A stretch of DNA of 64,000 nt from an uncultured Gammaproteobacteria bacterium (GCA_945787155.1 CALZHD010000012.1:14402-78401), one strand, 5' to 3'; positions 17,110 to 28,958 are shown, numbered from the stretch's first letter. The notes: generated from the letters alone by a model not told the origin. Numbers and translations: made by a program.

Positions 17110-18075
17110 ATGGCTAGCATCAACCAAACCAAAGAGAGCCAGCTGCTGAAGATGATATCCATCATCACGCTCGTAGTATTCTCGCTGCTTGCATTCTCGA
17201 CTGAGGCCTGCGGACTCAGACTGAATAATATAGCTCCAGTGACATTCGGTGGCAGCACAGGCATCGGGTATGAATCCTTTGATACCACCCTCTATCCTCA
17301 GTCAGCCCCCCTGACAATAAGCAACCAGAGAAAAAATGCATGCAACTATTTTATTACTTTCAGCGAGGGGTCATCAGGAACCTATAACCGAACATTGCTC
17401 AATGGAGCCAATGTACTGAACTACCAACTCTATGACCAGGCAAGTCAGGCAAACATTTTAAAAGACCTTCCTGCTGCCACTGCCAGTGAGGTACTCAGTG
17501 GGAACTTCACCGGCAGGGGCGCTCAGCAACTAAGTTTCTTCCTCGTTATTCCTGCCGAGCAGGTTGTCAGACCGGGAACCTACACAGATACCATTACCAT
17601 GACTGCATACGAAGGTGATCCCACCAGCAGCATACAACACCGCACCAGAACTCTGACAATCTCGGCGACGGTACTGGAACAGATAGACCTCTCTTTGGTG
17701 AACCCTGGCGGCAGCTTTAATCCAGCCCTCACAGCGCGCCTGATCGATTTTGGCATATTACAGACGGGAAAATTCTCTGACTTCGACCTCAGAGTGCGCA
17801 GCAACATCGGTTATAGCATCTCGCTCAGCTCACAAAACATCGGCAATATGGCCCATATCGATCCAACCGACAGCAGTCTGATTCCCTTTTCATTTACTGC
17901 TAATAGTGTGAATGTAGACCTTAGCGGGCCAGCAGCCACCGTCATAAACACCCCTCTACCGACATCGCCACTCGGTACACCCTACCCAATGCGCGTCACC
18001 GTCGGCACTATCGGCAACGCGTCTGCTGGCGATTATCAGGATAACATTACCATTACCATCATTGCCGGGCCGTGA
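17110..18075 (+). CDS. Tip adhesin-like subunit with two spore coat U (SCPU) domains (CsuE-like)
   Basis: LNYQLYD, PGTYTDTIT and terminal AGDYQDNITITI motifs; last gene of the operon. Confidence 0.8.
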   Translation: MASINQTKESQLLKMISIITLVVFSLLAFSTEACGLRLNNIAPVTFGGSTGIGYESFDTTLYPQSAPLTISNQRKNACNYFITFSEGSSGTYNRTLLNGANVLNYQLYDQASQANILKDLPAATASEVLSGNFTGRGAQQLSFFLVIPAEQVVRPGTYTDTITMTAYEGDPTSSIQHRTRTLTISATVLEQIDLSLVNPGGSFNPALTARLIDFGILQTGKFSDFDLRVRSNIGYSISLSSQNIGNMAHIDPTDSSLIPFSFTANSVNVDLSGPAATVINTPLPTSPLGTPYPMRVTVGTIGNASAGDYQDNITITIIAGP

Positions 18076-18254
18076 TTGCCGTGCATGAATAGAACAAAGC
18101 CCCCCTTAAACAAGACGCCAGCGTGAATCTTAGAAACACCCTGTAAAACTACCGCAATGCTTCAACATTAGCCCCTTTACGTCGCTCATATGCAGTCTTT
18201 CTCACAACATGGATTCCTGACCAAAACAAACCCAGTGAAGAAACCGTGCAACAC

Positions 18255-20503
18255 CTATTTGTTACTCCCCTCGCTTGTGATGTAATCACTCAAACGCTCC
18301 AACCAACCATCCAGTCCCTGTTGATCAAGAAAAAAATCAAAACCTCCAAGACTACGCTGCAGGTTCATTAGATCAATAATGAAATCAAAAACCGCATTGG
18401 TCGCCGCTTCTTCTGCGACCAACGCGGCATTCTGTGCATCGAGCAGGTCGAGAATGGAAACCACACCGCGAGAGTAGGCATCTGTCGCCAGATCCAGATT
18501 TTTTTTCGCTGCGCTCGCGGCATCCCTGGAAAGCTGTATGGAGGGATAAGAGGCACCGATGTCGTGCAGAGCTGCTCTAATGCGTTGTTCAATACGCGCT
18601 TTAATCGCGTCGCGCTGGGTCAGGAACTGATTTAACGTGAGCCGGCTACCAGCGACACGCGCACTTCGAGCACCTCCCTCGAACAATGGCAGTGAGACAT
18701 TTACGCCTACCGACCAATCGGTATCGTCTTCTGCCGATAATCCGGCCAGGCGCTGTTCATCCATGATATGAGTCACTTCACTTTGTAACGTAACCGTCGG
18801 TGACCAGTAGGCGCGCTGGTTAACTTTGAGTTCCCGCTGGGTAGCGGACAGTAACGCTTCCATGGAGGCGAGTTCTGGCGAAGCTGACAGACCTTCAATC
18901 ACCATGAAATCACCCATAAGCGCAAAGGTGCGATCGCTGCTGACATAATCAAATAGTTCTTTACGACTGACGACCAGGCGGGGATCTTCAAGCGTAGCGG
19001 GCGCGGTGATGAACGGCTCTTTGAGTGGTCGGTGCAATAATCTATTGAGGGCATCCCGGGCCTGCCGAAGTTGCGCCTGCGCATTGAGGAGCGCCTGGCG
19101 TGAGGTGGCCAGCTGACTCTCCCAGCGATAGACCTCGGATGGATTGGCCACACCGATCTGCTGCCGATCCCTCGCCAGCTCCAGGTTGGCACGGCTGAGA
19201 TTCATGTTTTCGCGGCGGATATGAATAAAGGTTTGCGCCTTGAGCAGATTAAGGTAGGTGATGGTGGCCTCCTGGATAATGTCCAACTCCAGTTGACGCT
19301 TAAGTGCTGTTCGATTGTTTTGCAGATAGCGCTGAATCTCCACATTCGCACGTACCGCATCAGAATAAATCAGCTGTCTCAATGTGATTGCCGCCGAGGT
19401 GGATTGCTCTGCCGTTGCGCCGCTCATCACAGCACTACTGTCATCATTCAGGCGATTATGACCGAGACGGGCATCGAGTTGTGGCCTCAATCCAGCACGG
19501 GCCTGCGCCACATTACTCTCTGAATCAACACCGCTTCGCTGAGGATGTCGAAGCGGGGTGAAATACCGATCGCCCGAGCGGTAGCCATGTTGATGGTCAA
19601 ACGCCGCTTGCTCTCCATCGTGACAGGCTGATGCTCGGCCAGCTCGCCATGCAACACAGCATGTATGTTCAACGCGTTACGACGCGCCAGCCGCCGCCAG
19701 TTAGTGGCGGGGGCCTCCGCCATCAACAGTCCCTGCTCTACCAGGTGAGCATCCAGCAGACTGTAGCTGGGCAGCTTCTTCTCAATCAGGGTAGCGATCA
19801 CCTTACCCATAGCTGTGGGACTCAGGAGTCCCTGGCCGGTGACGACAACGCAGTCGACACCTGACGGCAGTCGAGCCGCCAGGTTTTCATTGCGCGTTCT
19901 CTGTTGAATAAACTGTAGTTCCGCACCTGCCGCGGCAGTCACCTCGCGGGCGCGACGGATCAATCCCGGTTGCGCCTCATAGTCAGCTTCGCTAAGAAAC
20001 ACTGCGATGTTTTTACAGTTAGCGACACTGTTCATCACCTGTAGATCGCGCACGAAATCGGCGCCACTGCTCAGATAATTGAGATGCCTGACGCCACTAC
20101 TATTGCCCTTTCTGGGCAGCCCCTGAAAATCGGCATCCATGATAAACGGCGCAAAAGTCGGTTTACGCAACGGCTGGTCAAGGGCCGCGATAACACTGGC
20201 AACATAGCCGAGCGCCAATACCATATCGACTTCGGGGTCCTGCTGCAGCTGTTGGTGGGCAGCGGCGATGCGCTTCGCTGACCAGCCACCATCGAGCTGT
20301 TTCGCCGCAGGAAAATGAACATCGAAATCGGCCTCTGTTAGCACCAGTAGTTCATTCTTGAACAACGCCATAGACCAGCCACTGTGCTCCATCGGACCAT
20401 CCGTGATAATACCGATGCTGATGACCTTCGCTGCCTGTGCGGCAGGAACCAGCCATAACAACACGATCAATAGACAGAATAGATTAAGATTAGCGCGTTT
20501 CAT
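18255..20503 (-). pseudogene. ABC substrate-binding domain-TolC fusion, broken by an internal deletion/frameshift
   Basis: ORF 19487-20503 has a signal peptide and an ABC substrate-binding fold ending INMATARAIGISP. ORF 18255-19511 is a TolC barrel lacking signal peptide and first helix (starts ESNVAQARAGLRPQL; ends YSRGVVSILDLLDAQ...). Frames overlap near 19510-19525. Confidence 0.7.
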
Positions 20504-20523
20504 CTCCTCTTCACCTCATGAGT

Positions 20524-21660
20524 TCACACTTGCGTTAATGTTACGGTCTTGCGAAAGCGCAGCAGTGCAGCAGAAAAAAACAGTGCGCCAATGGCTACCG
20601 TCGCCAGCAAATTGGGCCAGATCACCGCCACACTGGCATCACGAAACAGCACCGCCTGGGCCATGCTGACAAAATGGGTGGAAGGCACCAGCTGCATAAT
20701 CATCTGCAGTGGCACGGGCATGCTCTCCAACGGGGTGTGCGCACCGGAGAGCAGTAGCATCATCACAAACACAATCATCGCCAGCAGACCGAACTGGGGC
20801 ATGGAGCGAGCCAGCGTCGCCAGATAGATGCCCAGGGAAGTCACCGAAAAGAGATAGACGACTGTAACGAATATATAAAGCGGAATAGAACCGATAATAG
20901 CAGCGCCCAATGCACCCTGTATCACAAGGTAGAGTGACAGCGTCGCAGCCAGAATGACCACCAATCCATTGGCCCACACCTTGGCCAGTATAATCTCAAC
21001 CGGTCGTAGCGGCATCACCAGCAGATGTTCGATAGTGCCATGTTCACGTTCACGAATGAGGGCAGCACCGGTGAGCAGAATCGCCATCATGGTGATGTTA
21101 TTGGTGAGCGCCATCGCACCCTGAAACCCGGTCGCCTCCAGGTTGGGGTTGAACCTGGCGCGGGTCACAATATCGACCACAGCCAACGGTTCAACACCTC
21201 GGTCGCTATTTAGAAATGCACTCAACTCCTCGGAAATAATCTGCTGGATATAAGCAGCACCCGTGCCCGCCAGCCCCATGGCCGTGGCATCGACATTGAG
21301 CTGGATCACGGTGGGCCGCCCCGCCATCAGATCCGCCTGGAATCCAGGAGGGATATCTATGACAAAGGTGTAACGCGCCGCCTCCATACTGGCATTGATT
21401 TCATCGACCGTGATGGCCACCGGTGGCTGGAACTGGGGTTGCAGCAGAGCATCGCCGATGCGCCGCGACAATTGAGAGCGGTCTTCATCAACAATCGCCA
21501 CCGCGGCATTCACCACGCCAGTGGTCGCGTTCTGCGCCTCTTCCATCACGGAAAAGCTGAACATATAGACGATCAGGAACAGCATCACCGGATCATAACG
21601 CAGGCTGAACAGCTCTTTTATGCCCAGTTGAAAGATATTGCCGAGACATCGCTTCATCAT
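20524..21660 (-). CDS. yhhJ: ABC-2 family permease (YhhJ-like)
   Basis: LGIKELFSL, AIVDEDRSQLS, RFNPNL, REREHGTIEHLLVMP, SGAHTPLESMP. Confidence 0.85.
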   Translation of the reverse strand: MMKRCLGNIFQLGIKELFSLRYDPVMLFLIVYMFSFSVMEEAQNATTGVVNAAVAIVDEDRSQLSRRIGDALLQPQFQPPVAITVDEINASMEAARYTFVIDIPPGFQADLMAGRPTVIQLNVDATAMGLAGTGAAYIQQIISEELSAFLNSDRGVEPLAVVDIVTRARFNPNLEATGFQGAMALTNNITMMAILLTGAALIREREHGTIEHLLVMPLRPVEIILAKVWANGLVVILAATLSLYLVIQGALGAAIIGSIPLYIFVTVVYLFSVTSLGIYLATLARSMPQFGLLAMIVFVMMLLLSGAHTPLESMPVPLQMIMQLVPSTHFVSMAQAVLFRDASVAVIWPNLLATVAIGALFFSAALLRFRKTVTLTQV

Positions 21661-21795
21661 CAACTCGCATGGCTTAGCAAAATGGCGTGAGCAGACAAAT
21701 GCGTGTGGCAACCTGTCAATGATGAATCCTGCATTGTATCTTCTCTCCCTGCTTTAACTTTTAATCTTCAATAGACGACTGGTGAAAAATGCACT

Positions 21796-24525
21796 CTATT
21801 GCTCCTGTCTCTTCAACAGGGTCAACCCCAGCACCAGGTAGATGAAACTCAACAAGGCAATCATCGCAAAGTTGAACAGCAAACTTTCAAACCCCAACGA
21901 TTTGGTGAATGTGCCTAAACTGATCTGCTGGAAATAACTGCTGGGAAATATCTGGGCGAATACCTGAGCGCCAGGCGTGAGCGAAGCCACCGGGGCAAAA
22001 AGACCGGCAAAGCTAATGGCCGGCACCGTGGTAATAATCGCAGTGCCAAAAATCGCGGCGATCTGGGTCTTCATAAAGGATGACATCAATAGTCCCAGCC
22101 CGGTAGTGGCGATCACATAGAGCAGTCCGCCCGCCAGCAGGGCGGCACCACTGCCTTTAATCGGCACCTCGAACAGAACAACAGCCAGCAGCACCAGGGT
22201 AGCGAAGTTGATCAAAGCAATGATGATGTAGGGAAATTGTTTGCCCAGCAGAAACTCCAGACCACTCACTGGCGTGGCGTAAAAATTGGTGATTGAGCCC
22301 ATCTCTTTTTCGCGCACTACACCGGCAGCGGTCATCATCGCGGGAATCCAGATCAGCAGCATCATGATGGTGCCCGGCACGATGGAGTAGACACTCTTGA
22401 AATCCTGGTTGTAGCGGAAACGGGTTTCAATGGTCACGGGCGCGGCCTGCCGAGAATGGCCAGGCTCACTGCGCAGTTGTTGTTCAAGGTAAGATTGATG
22501 TACACCGAAAATGTAGCCACGTGCCGTTTCGGCACGAAACGGCACGGTACCATCGAGCCAGATCCCCACCTCTGGCTGACGGCCGCGTTTGATGGCCTTG
22601 CCGAATCCTGGCGGAATTTCGATGGCGAAGGTCAACTGCGCCTTACGTAAACGATCATCCAGCGCGCGATAATCATGCAGCGGCGGACCTTGCTTAAAAT
22701 AGCGCGAACCGGCGAAATTCTCCAGGTATTGACGACTTTCCGGGGTTTGATCACGATCAAGCACTGCATAGTCTATATCTTCGACATCAAAGGTGATGCC
22801 GTAGCCAAAGGCGATCATAAGTATAATCGGACCCAACAATGCGAAGGCGATACGAATCGGATCGCGCGCAATCTCCAGGCTTTCACGACGAGCATAGGCC
22901 CAGCCACGGCGAGGGTCAAAGGCCGCATTACGAGGTCTGGGTTGTGACGCTCCATGCTGAGCGGGAAGTTGCGGCGGCGTCTCTGCTTCAACCACGTTAT
23001 CTCCAGCGGCTTCCTCCAGGTAGTCGATAAAGGCCTCTTCAAGATTGTTGGCGCCGCGAGCCTTTATCAACGCTGGCGGTGTATCCTGTGCCAGCACTCG
23101 ACCGGCATGCATGAGCGAGATGCGGTCGCAGCGTTCCGCCTCGCTCATGAAATGGGTGGAGATAAAAATGGTAACGCCTTCGTCACGAGAGAGCTGCACC
23201 AGCAGTTGCCAGAATTGATCGCGGGCCACTGGATCGACCCCAGAGGTGGGTTCGTCGAGGATCAACATCTCAGGGCCATGGATCACCGCCACTGCCAGCG
23301 ATAATCGCTGCCGCACACCCAGCGGTAATTTTTCTGCCAGCTCATCGATCACTTCAGTCAGTCCGAAACGCTCGACCATCTCCATCACCCGTGCCTCAAT
23401 TTGCGACCGGGGCAACTGAAAGATACGCGCGTGCAGTGCCAGGTTCTGACGCACCGTCAGCTCACTATAAAGCGAGAAGGCCTGAGACATATAGCCGACC
23501 CGGCGGCGTAGATCAACCTCCCGGGCATCGGCAAGCTGACCGAACAGCCGAGCCTCACCCGCAGAGCTCGGCAGCAAACCGGTGAGCATCTTCATGGTGG
23601 TGGTCTTGCCACAACCGTTGGAGCCGAGAAAACCGAAAATTTCACCGCGCTCAATGCGAAAACTAACGCGATCGACCGCAACAAATTCACCAAAGCGACG
23701 GGTGAGACCGTCGGCCTCAATGGCCGCGTCTCCACTCTGGGCTTGACGGGGGGGAATAGTCACGGCCTGATGGCGACCGCGTTTTTCCACTGGCAGCAGT
23801 GAGATAAAGGCCGCCTCCAGGCTATCGCTGCCGGCGCGGGATTTCAATTCCGCAGGCGTGCCGCTGGCCAGTACTTTGCCTGCGTCCATCGCCACCAGCC
23901 AGTCAAAGCGTTCGGCCTCGTCCATATAGGCGGTAGCGACAATCACACTCATGCCTTCGCGGCGACCACGAATGCGCTCGATCAGCTGCCAGAACTGTCG
24001 CCGCGACAGGGGGTCAACACCAGTAGTAGGCTCATCCAGAATCAACAAATCGGGATCGTGAATCAGGGCACAGCACAGCCCCAGCTTCTGCTTCATGCCA
24101 CCAGAAAGCTTGGCGGCAGGCCGATCAGCAAAGGGCGCAAGACCGGTGGCCGCGAGCAACTCATGGATACGCCAGGCCCGTTGCGCCTTACTATGGCCAA
24201 ACAGGCGACCGAAAAAATCCACGTTCTCGAACACCGACAACGTCATATAGAGATTGCGCCCCAACCCCTGCGGCATATAGGCAATCCGCGGCCCGACCAC
24301 CATACGGTTCAAACCACGATGCATGTCACGACCAAGCACCTGCACTGAGCCGTACTGGATCTTGCGGACCCCGGCAATCAAGGCCAGCAATGTAGATTTA
24401 CCCACCCCGTCGGGACCGATCAATCCCGCCATCCTGCCCGCCGGAATCTCCAGCGCTACATCGTCTAGCGCCACGCTGTTTTTATAGCGGTGGCTGAGTT
24501 CAGCGACACGGGCGATGATTTTCAT
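21796..24525 (-). CDS. rbbA: Ribosome-associated ATPase / ABC transporter RbbA
   Basis: Two NBDs ([16 protein letters not shown]; [16 protein letters not shown]) plus a permease domain with [12 protein letters not shown]. Confidence 0.92.
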   Translation of the reverse strand: MKIIARVAELSHRYKNSVALDDVALEIPAGRMAGLIGPDGVGKSTLLALIAGVRKIQYGSVQVLGRDMHRGLNRMVVGPRIAYMPQGLGRNLYMTLSVFENVDFFGRLFGHSKAQRAWRIHELLAATGLAPFADRPAAKLSGGMKQKLGLCCALIHDPDLLILDEPTTGVDPLSRRQFWQLIERIRGRREGMSVIVATAYMDEAERFDWLVAMDAGKVLASGTPAELKSRAGSDSLEAAFISLLPVEKRGRHQAVTIPPRQAQSGDAAIEADGLTRRFGEFVAVDRVSFRIERGEIFGFLGSNGCGKTTTMKMLTGLLPSSAGEARLFGQLADAREVDLRRRVGYMSQAFSLYSELTVRQNLALHARIFQLPRSQIEARVMEMVERFGLTEVIDELAEKLPLGVRQRLSLAVAVIHGPEMLILDEPTSGVDPVARDQFWQLLVQLSRDEGVTIFISTHFMSEAERCDRISLMHAGRVLAQDTPPALIKARGANNLEEAFIDYLEEAAGDNVVEAETPPQLPAQHGASQPRPRNAAFDPRRGWAYARRESLEIARDPIRIAFALLGPIILMIAFGYGITFDVEDIDYAVLDRDQTPESRQYLENFAGSRYFKQGPPLHDYRALDDRLRKAQLTFAIEIPPGFGKAIKRGRQPEVGIWLDGTVPFRAETARGYIFGVHQSYLEQQLRSEPGHSRQAAPVTIETRFRYNQDFKSVYSIVPGTIMMLLIWIPAMMTAAGVVREKEMGSITNFYATPVSGLEFLLGKQFPYIIIALINFATLVLLAVVLFEVPIKGSGAALLAGGLLYVIATTGLGLLMSSFMKTQIAAIFGTAIITTVPAISFAGLFAPVASLTPGAQVFAQIFPSSYFQQISLGTFTKSLGFESLLFNFAMIALLSFIYLVLGLTLLKRQEQ

Positions 24526-24561
24526 TGATTAGATCCCACTCGATTCAGCCCCCAGGCAATA

Positions 24562-25560
24562 TCAATCCCCTTCCTTCCCAATCTGCAAATTATCAGGCCA
24601 CTCACTGTCAGCTTCGAGACGGATATAGGCGACACCGGGTATACCGGTTTTTGCCAACGCTGCATGTGCCTTGAGGAATTCAGCATCAAGTTGAACCTTA
24701 AGGCGGAACATCAGCTTTTCACGTTCGCTACGCGTCTCCACTTCCTTGGGGGTAAATTGTGCCCGCGGGGCAACAAAGAAAACGTTAGCGGCGATAACAA
24801 CATCGGGGATACCATCGAGCACCACGCGGGCTTCGGCACCGAGGCCAACTTTGGCCACATCCTGCATAGGAAGAAAAAGGGTCATATAGATATCGGTAGG
24901 GTCAAGTACCGTCAGCACCTTACCGCCACCGGGCAGTACTTCGCCGGGTTCGGCCAAACGATACAGTACCCGACCGCCAATGGGTGAGCGCAACACGCTG
25001 TCATCAAGCTGGGTTTTTATCAACTCGGCGTTGGCAATCGCCGCTTCGATGGCGGCTTCCGCATTGGAGAGCTGAGCCTGCGCCGCCGCCAATGTCGCCT
25101 TAGCCGTTTCCACCGCGGTCTCATCGCGCTGCAATTGTTCCAACGAGATCGCATCATTCTCGTAGAGCCCCTTAGAGCGCTCCATATCTTTTAGCGTCAG
25201 GGACAATTCACTTTTACGCTGGGCGATCACTGCTATCGCGAAATGCTTCTCCTGTTCAGTACGTCGCACCTCGGCTTGAGAGCGGCGCAGCTGTGCTTCA
25301 AGCTCTCTTGTCTCTATCCGCGCAAGGATCTGATTGAGTTCAACCTGATCACCCTCTTTAACAAACACCTGCTCAAGCCGTCCGCCGAACTTAGCAGTGA
25401 TATCAACCTCGGTGGCTTCGGTACGTCCGTTGCCCGACACAAAACCTTCAGGGAGTTCAGGCTGGCGCATCTGCGCCAACACATAAGCGACAGCCACCAC
25501 AGTGACCACCGCCAAAACAATCAGAATAGTTTTCGATTTCGACGCGATACTTTTCACCAT
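24562..25560 (-). CDS. HlyD-family periplasmic adaptor (YhiI-like)
   Basis: N-terminal TM, SGNGRTEATEVDI, LRSPIGGRV, AQFTPKEVETRSEREKLMFR, GIPGVAY. Confidence 0.9.
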   Translation of the reverse strand: MVKSIASKSKTILIVLAVVTVVAVAYVLAQMRQPELPEGFVSGNGRTEATEVDITAKFGGRLEQVFVKEGDQVELNQILARIETRELEAQLRRSQAEVRRTEQEKHFAIAVIAQRKSELSLTLKDMERSKGLYENDAISLEQLQRDETAVETAKATLAAAQAQLSNAEAAIEAAIANAELIKTQLDDSVLRSPIGGRVLYRLAEPGEVLPGGGKVLTVLDPTDIYMTLFLPMQDVAKVGLGAEARVVLDGIPDVVIAANVFFVAPRAQFTPKEVETRSEREKLMFRLKVQLDAEFLKAHAALAKTGIPGVAYIRLEADSEWPDNLQIGKEGD

Positions 25561-26070
25561 AGACCTTCCTTGATGACTGTGACGGCCTGGAACAATAGTT
25601 ACCGCCCAGAACAATATTCGCCACAACTAAGCTACGTTTTTATACTACACCCCTCAGCACTATAATCACAGCCGATACTGCCAGCACAAACGGATATATT
25701 TTGCATGACAGGAATTTGAACTTAAAACTGATGAAGCGCGCAACCACAACCAGCAAGAGAAATGCGATTACCGATAGCGCGTAGACACAAGTAGTTATAC
25801 AAAAATATGACAGCAGCTAAAACAGGCGCTTCACTAAACACCAGGACATTACCAACGATACCTATCATTGATTAATAATGAAGATAAAAATACAAAAAGA
25901 CTGGGTAGAAAAACAGAAATTCAATATAAAAAGTGCACTGTCAACTTACCGGAACCTCCAGGCTTGTAGTAAAAACCGAATGCCTGACATCATATTCCGA
26001 TAACGAGTTAATAAACTTCGTTTGGGATTTATTACGCTTTGAACTTGTTAAGTCGACAGTGCCAAAATTT

Positions 26071-26131
26071 CAAATAAAAAATCCCCGGCACTTTCGCACC
26101 GAGGGTTTTGGATATGGCACCCCCAAGGGGA
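26071..26131 (-). repeat. Distal att-like direct repeat: degenerate tRNA-Glu 3' end plus terminator
   Basis: CAAATAAAAAATCCCCGGCACTTTCGCACCGAGGGTTTTGGATATGGCACCCCCAAGGGGA matches 37491-37551 at 53 of 61 positions, ungapped (counted by hand). Confidence 0.9.
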
Positions 26132-26329
26132 GACGATAGATGGCCTGTTTTTGTAGCGTACCAGAGACATACACCGAACGTTGCTTCGAGATTCGCACCT
26201 GCTCTACCAATCCTGAGTGGTAAGTTAAAAGAATCACCTGTATCTTCTGAGTAAGTTGTACCGCAGCAATGAGCACTGCTTCGGAGCGTTCACCATCGAA
26301 ATCCACAAGAATGTCACCCATGATAAAAG

Positions 26330-26575
26330 GCATCGACTGCGAGTTACTGTATTTCTTCTCGGCAGCGCCAAACGCAAAATAGATAAAAAATAATGGAAAA
26401 AAGAACGGCCCAACCGAAGCATTCCAAATAAAAATCAACCATGCCCAGCACTGTTCACTCGCTACCAAGTTTGCACATAACCATAGCCCAGAGGAAGCAA
26501 GCACCAATGTGATGCCAGTTTTCTTCCCGCCGTACCAATCCGACAACATAATTGGCGCGATAGAACACCAACGAA
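26330..26575 (-). pseudogene. Degenerate copy of the membrane domain of the adjacent diguanylate cyclase
   Basis: SLVFY.APIMLSDWYGGKKTG resembles SLFYIGPIMLAVWYGGHRQG, and WNASV resembles WNTVV. Frame is broken and there is no catalytic domain. Boundaries approximate. Confidence 0.55.
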
Positions 26576-26579
26576 ATTG

Positions 26580-27436
26580 TCATTTATTATTTGAAGAGAC
26601 AATATGACAAATATTATTTTTGCCCGATTTCTTAACCTTATACATTAAGTCATCTGCCATTTTTACCATTTCACGTATATTCACTAGCGGCTCAAGATAA
26701 GTCACAACACCAATGCTAAATGTAACCGGCCAGCCGTTCGCCCGCATCGCACTCAAGAGGCTGACATGTAGCTTTTCTATCACTTTTTTTGAGGTAGACT
26801 CCTTCATTGAAGGAAAGAAAATAGCAAACTCATCACCGCCCAATCGCGCAGCCATATCAGACTCACGCAAACTCGATTTAAGCACTTCACCGACACATTG
26901 CAATAACTCATCGCCCACCAAATGGCCATTAGTGTCATTAACGTATTTGAAATTATCGAGATCGAGATAGGCGATGGTAAAGATTTCGGGATAACGCCTG
27001 ACTCTCATGCACTCCCTCTCCAGCTGTTCAAGGAAAAAACGGCGATTAACTAAACCGGTAAGCGGATCAGTGGAAGCCAGATTTTCCAGTGTTGTAACCT
27101 TATCTCTGACCGATAGCAACAATTCCATAACCAACATAAAAAAGGCCAGTCTAACAACCGTGTTCCAAACCAACGTTAAGTTATGGGAATACTCCCTTCC
27201 CATAGCTACTTCAGAAATCAACCAAATAGCCGCAGAAAAAAAGATGCCACCAAACCCTGACGATGGCCTCCGTACCAAACCGCCAACATAATCGGCCCAA
27301 TATAAAACAGCGAGAAAGAAAGCTCAGGGCCACTGAAATAGTCAACGATTCCCAGAAGAAATACCGAAAAAAGAAGCACCGACAACCGAAGACGGCTATT
27401 TACTTCTCCAAGATAGTTGTCGATGCCCCTTAGCAT
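26580..27436 (-). pseudogene. Membrane-anchored diguanylate cyclase (GGDEF), frameshifted
   Basis: N-terminal ORF 27218-27436 joins ORF 26580-27278 if one base is added to the A7 run at 27236-27242 (…VASFFSAAIW…). RESD-x5-GGDEF is intact. Confidence 0.8.
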
Positions 27437-27680
27437 TACATAGCCCAGCTCACTTATGCTTAAACAAGAGTATGACTGTTATCCCCCGTAAATAATCAGG
27501 CTTGAAACTAATCCTATAGAACCAACAATTGACACCAGAAATAACGCTACTGTCTGTAGATTTTTTTTGCTCATTTGTTTGCCTCCTCATAGTATCGAGT
27601 TAACACGTTTTAACAGAAGAAATATGAACTATGAGAAACTTTTCAAGTGAAAGATCCCATATTCTTTTATCCGTCGTTCG

Positions 27681-27708
27681 CTTGAAAACCAAACACCCGA
27701 CACTATAT
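27681..27708 (+). promoter_or_regulatory. Sigma32 (RpoH)-like promoter of ibpA
   Basis: CTTGAA-14 nt-CACTATAT versus consensus CTTGAA-N13-17-CCCCATnT, upstream of an sHsp gene. Confidence 0.7.
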
Positions 27709-27765
27709 TTTTTAATGCAGGAATTGGGGCTAATAAGCGCATTACCTGACTACTATTGTTAACTT

Positions 27766-27795
27766 TAATATTGCTTATCAGGAGGATATGTCATG
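27766..27795 (+). promoter_or_regulatory. ROSE-like RNA thermometer hairpin covering the ibpA Shine-Dalgarno
   Basis: TTGCT-TATC-AGGAG (27771-27784) matches the U(U/C)GCU-opposite-AGGA ROSE signature. An upstream hairpin CAGG...CCTG is also present. Confidence 0.6.
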
Positions 27796-28266
27796 ACAAC
27801 TATCGACTTAACACCACTGTATCGCAACACTGTAGGCTTTGATCGTCTGGCCTCTCTCTTGGATAACGCGTTTAGAACGGAACAAAACCCTACCAGCTAC
27901 CCTCCCTACGATATAGATGCGCTGGATGAACATCGCTATGCCATCTCTCTGGCAGTGGCGGGATTTAAACAGAACGAACTGGATATCCAGGTTGAACGCG
28001 GCATGCTCACCGTCAAAGGGAAAAAAGCGGAAGATAAAAGCAAACACAGCTATCTCTACCAGGGTATCACCACCCGCGCTTTTGAACGGAAATTCAATTT
28101 AGCGGATCATGTCGAAATTACTGGTGCCAAGCTTGATAACGGCTTGCTCACCATCGAATTAAAACATGAACTACCTGAGGTGATGAAACCCAAACATATT
28201 GAGATCAACACTGAGGACTCAAATGTACTTGAGCACAAGTCAAATTCTAACGAACAGGCCGCTTAA
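27793..28266 (+). CDS. ibpA: Small heat-shock protein, IbpA family
   Basis: MTTIDLTPLYRNTVGFDRL, SYPPYDI, LAVAGF, YLYQGITTRAFERKFNLADHV, NGLLTI. Confidence 0.93.
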   Translation: MTTIDLTPLYRNTVGFDRLASLLDNAFRTEQNPTSYPPYDIDALDEHRYAISLAVAGFKQNELDIQVERGMLTVKGKKAEDKSKHSYLYQGITTRAFERKFNLADHVEITGAKLDNGLLTIELKHELPEVMKPKHIEINTEDSNVLEHKSNSNEQAA

Positions 28267-28275
28267 TCGACTCTT

Positions 28276-28310
28276 GGAGGAGTGGAGTTAATCATCCCTC
28301 CTCCTTTCTT
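28276..28310 (+). terminator. Hairpin plus T-rich tract between ibpA and the second hsp20
   Basis: GGAGGAG-T-GGA...TCC-CTCCTCC followed by TTTCTT. Confidence 0.5.
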
Positions 28311-28338
28311 CCACAAGTAGAGATAAGGAGTTCAAACC

Positions 28339-28905
28339 ATGGACATGAAAAAACTCAACCCCTGGAACTGGTTTAAGCATGAAGAAAGGCAAGATAAAAA
28401 AGAGACGATTCCCGTAAAACATGGTGAGCACTTGCAGCCCCATCATCCCGTGACTAACATGATGCAATTGCACCGCGAAATTGATCGGCTATTTGATGAT
28501 ACCTTTCGTGGCTTTCCTTCGCTTAGCCACGCCCCGCTATGGAAGCAAATGATGAGTGACGATTTTATGCCCACCTTCCGGGCAAACGTTAACGTTGCAA
28601 GTGATGATGGGCAGTACACCATTACATTAGAAGCGCCGGGCATGGAGCAAAAAGATTTATCGATCGAGCTTAAGAATCACGCCCTGTTTATCAAAGGCAA
28701 TAAACAACAGGAGCAAGAGGAAAAAGATCAACATTTCTACCGGGTTGAACGACACTACGGTTCGTTTGAGCGAGTACTCGCCATTCCTGATGATGGTAAC
28801 GCGGATGAAATTAGCGCTTCGATGAAAAACGGAGTATTAACCCTCACGATTCCTCGCCAGGAGTTACCAAAACCCGATATTAAACAAATAGAAATAAATA
28901 ACTAA
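28339..28905 (+). CDS. Hsp20/alpha-crystallin family protein
   Basis: KKLNPWNWFKHEE, LHREIDRLFD, LEAPGM, FYRVERHYGSFERVLAIP, KNGVLTLTIP. Confidence 0.93.
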   Translation: MDMKKLNPWNWFKHEERQDKKETIPVKHGEHLQPHHPVTNMMQLHREIDRLFDDTFRGFPSLSHAPLWKQMMSDDFMPTFRANVNVASDDGQYTITLEAPGMEQKDLSIELKNHALFIKGNKQQEQEEKDQHFYRVERHYGSFERVLAIPDDGNADEISASMKNGVLTLTIPRQELPKPDIKQIEINN

Positions 28906-28927
28906 GTCAACGACATATTTCTAAGAT

Positions 28928-28958
28928 CAGGCCCCGCCCAGTACGGGGCTTGTTCTTT
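28928..28958 (+). terminator. Intrinsic terminator
   Basis: CAGGCCCCG-(7 nt)-CGGGGCTTG followed by TTCTTT, downstream of hsp20. Confidence 0.65.
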
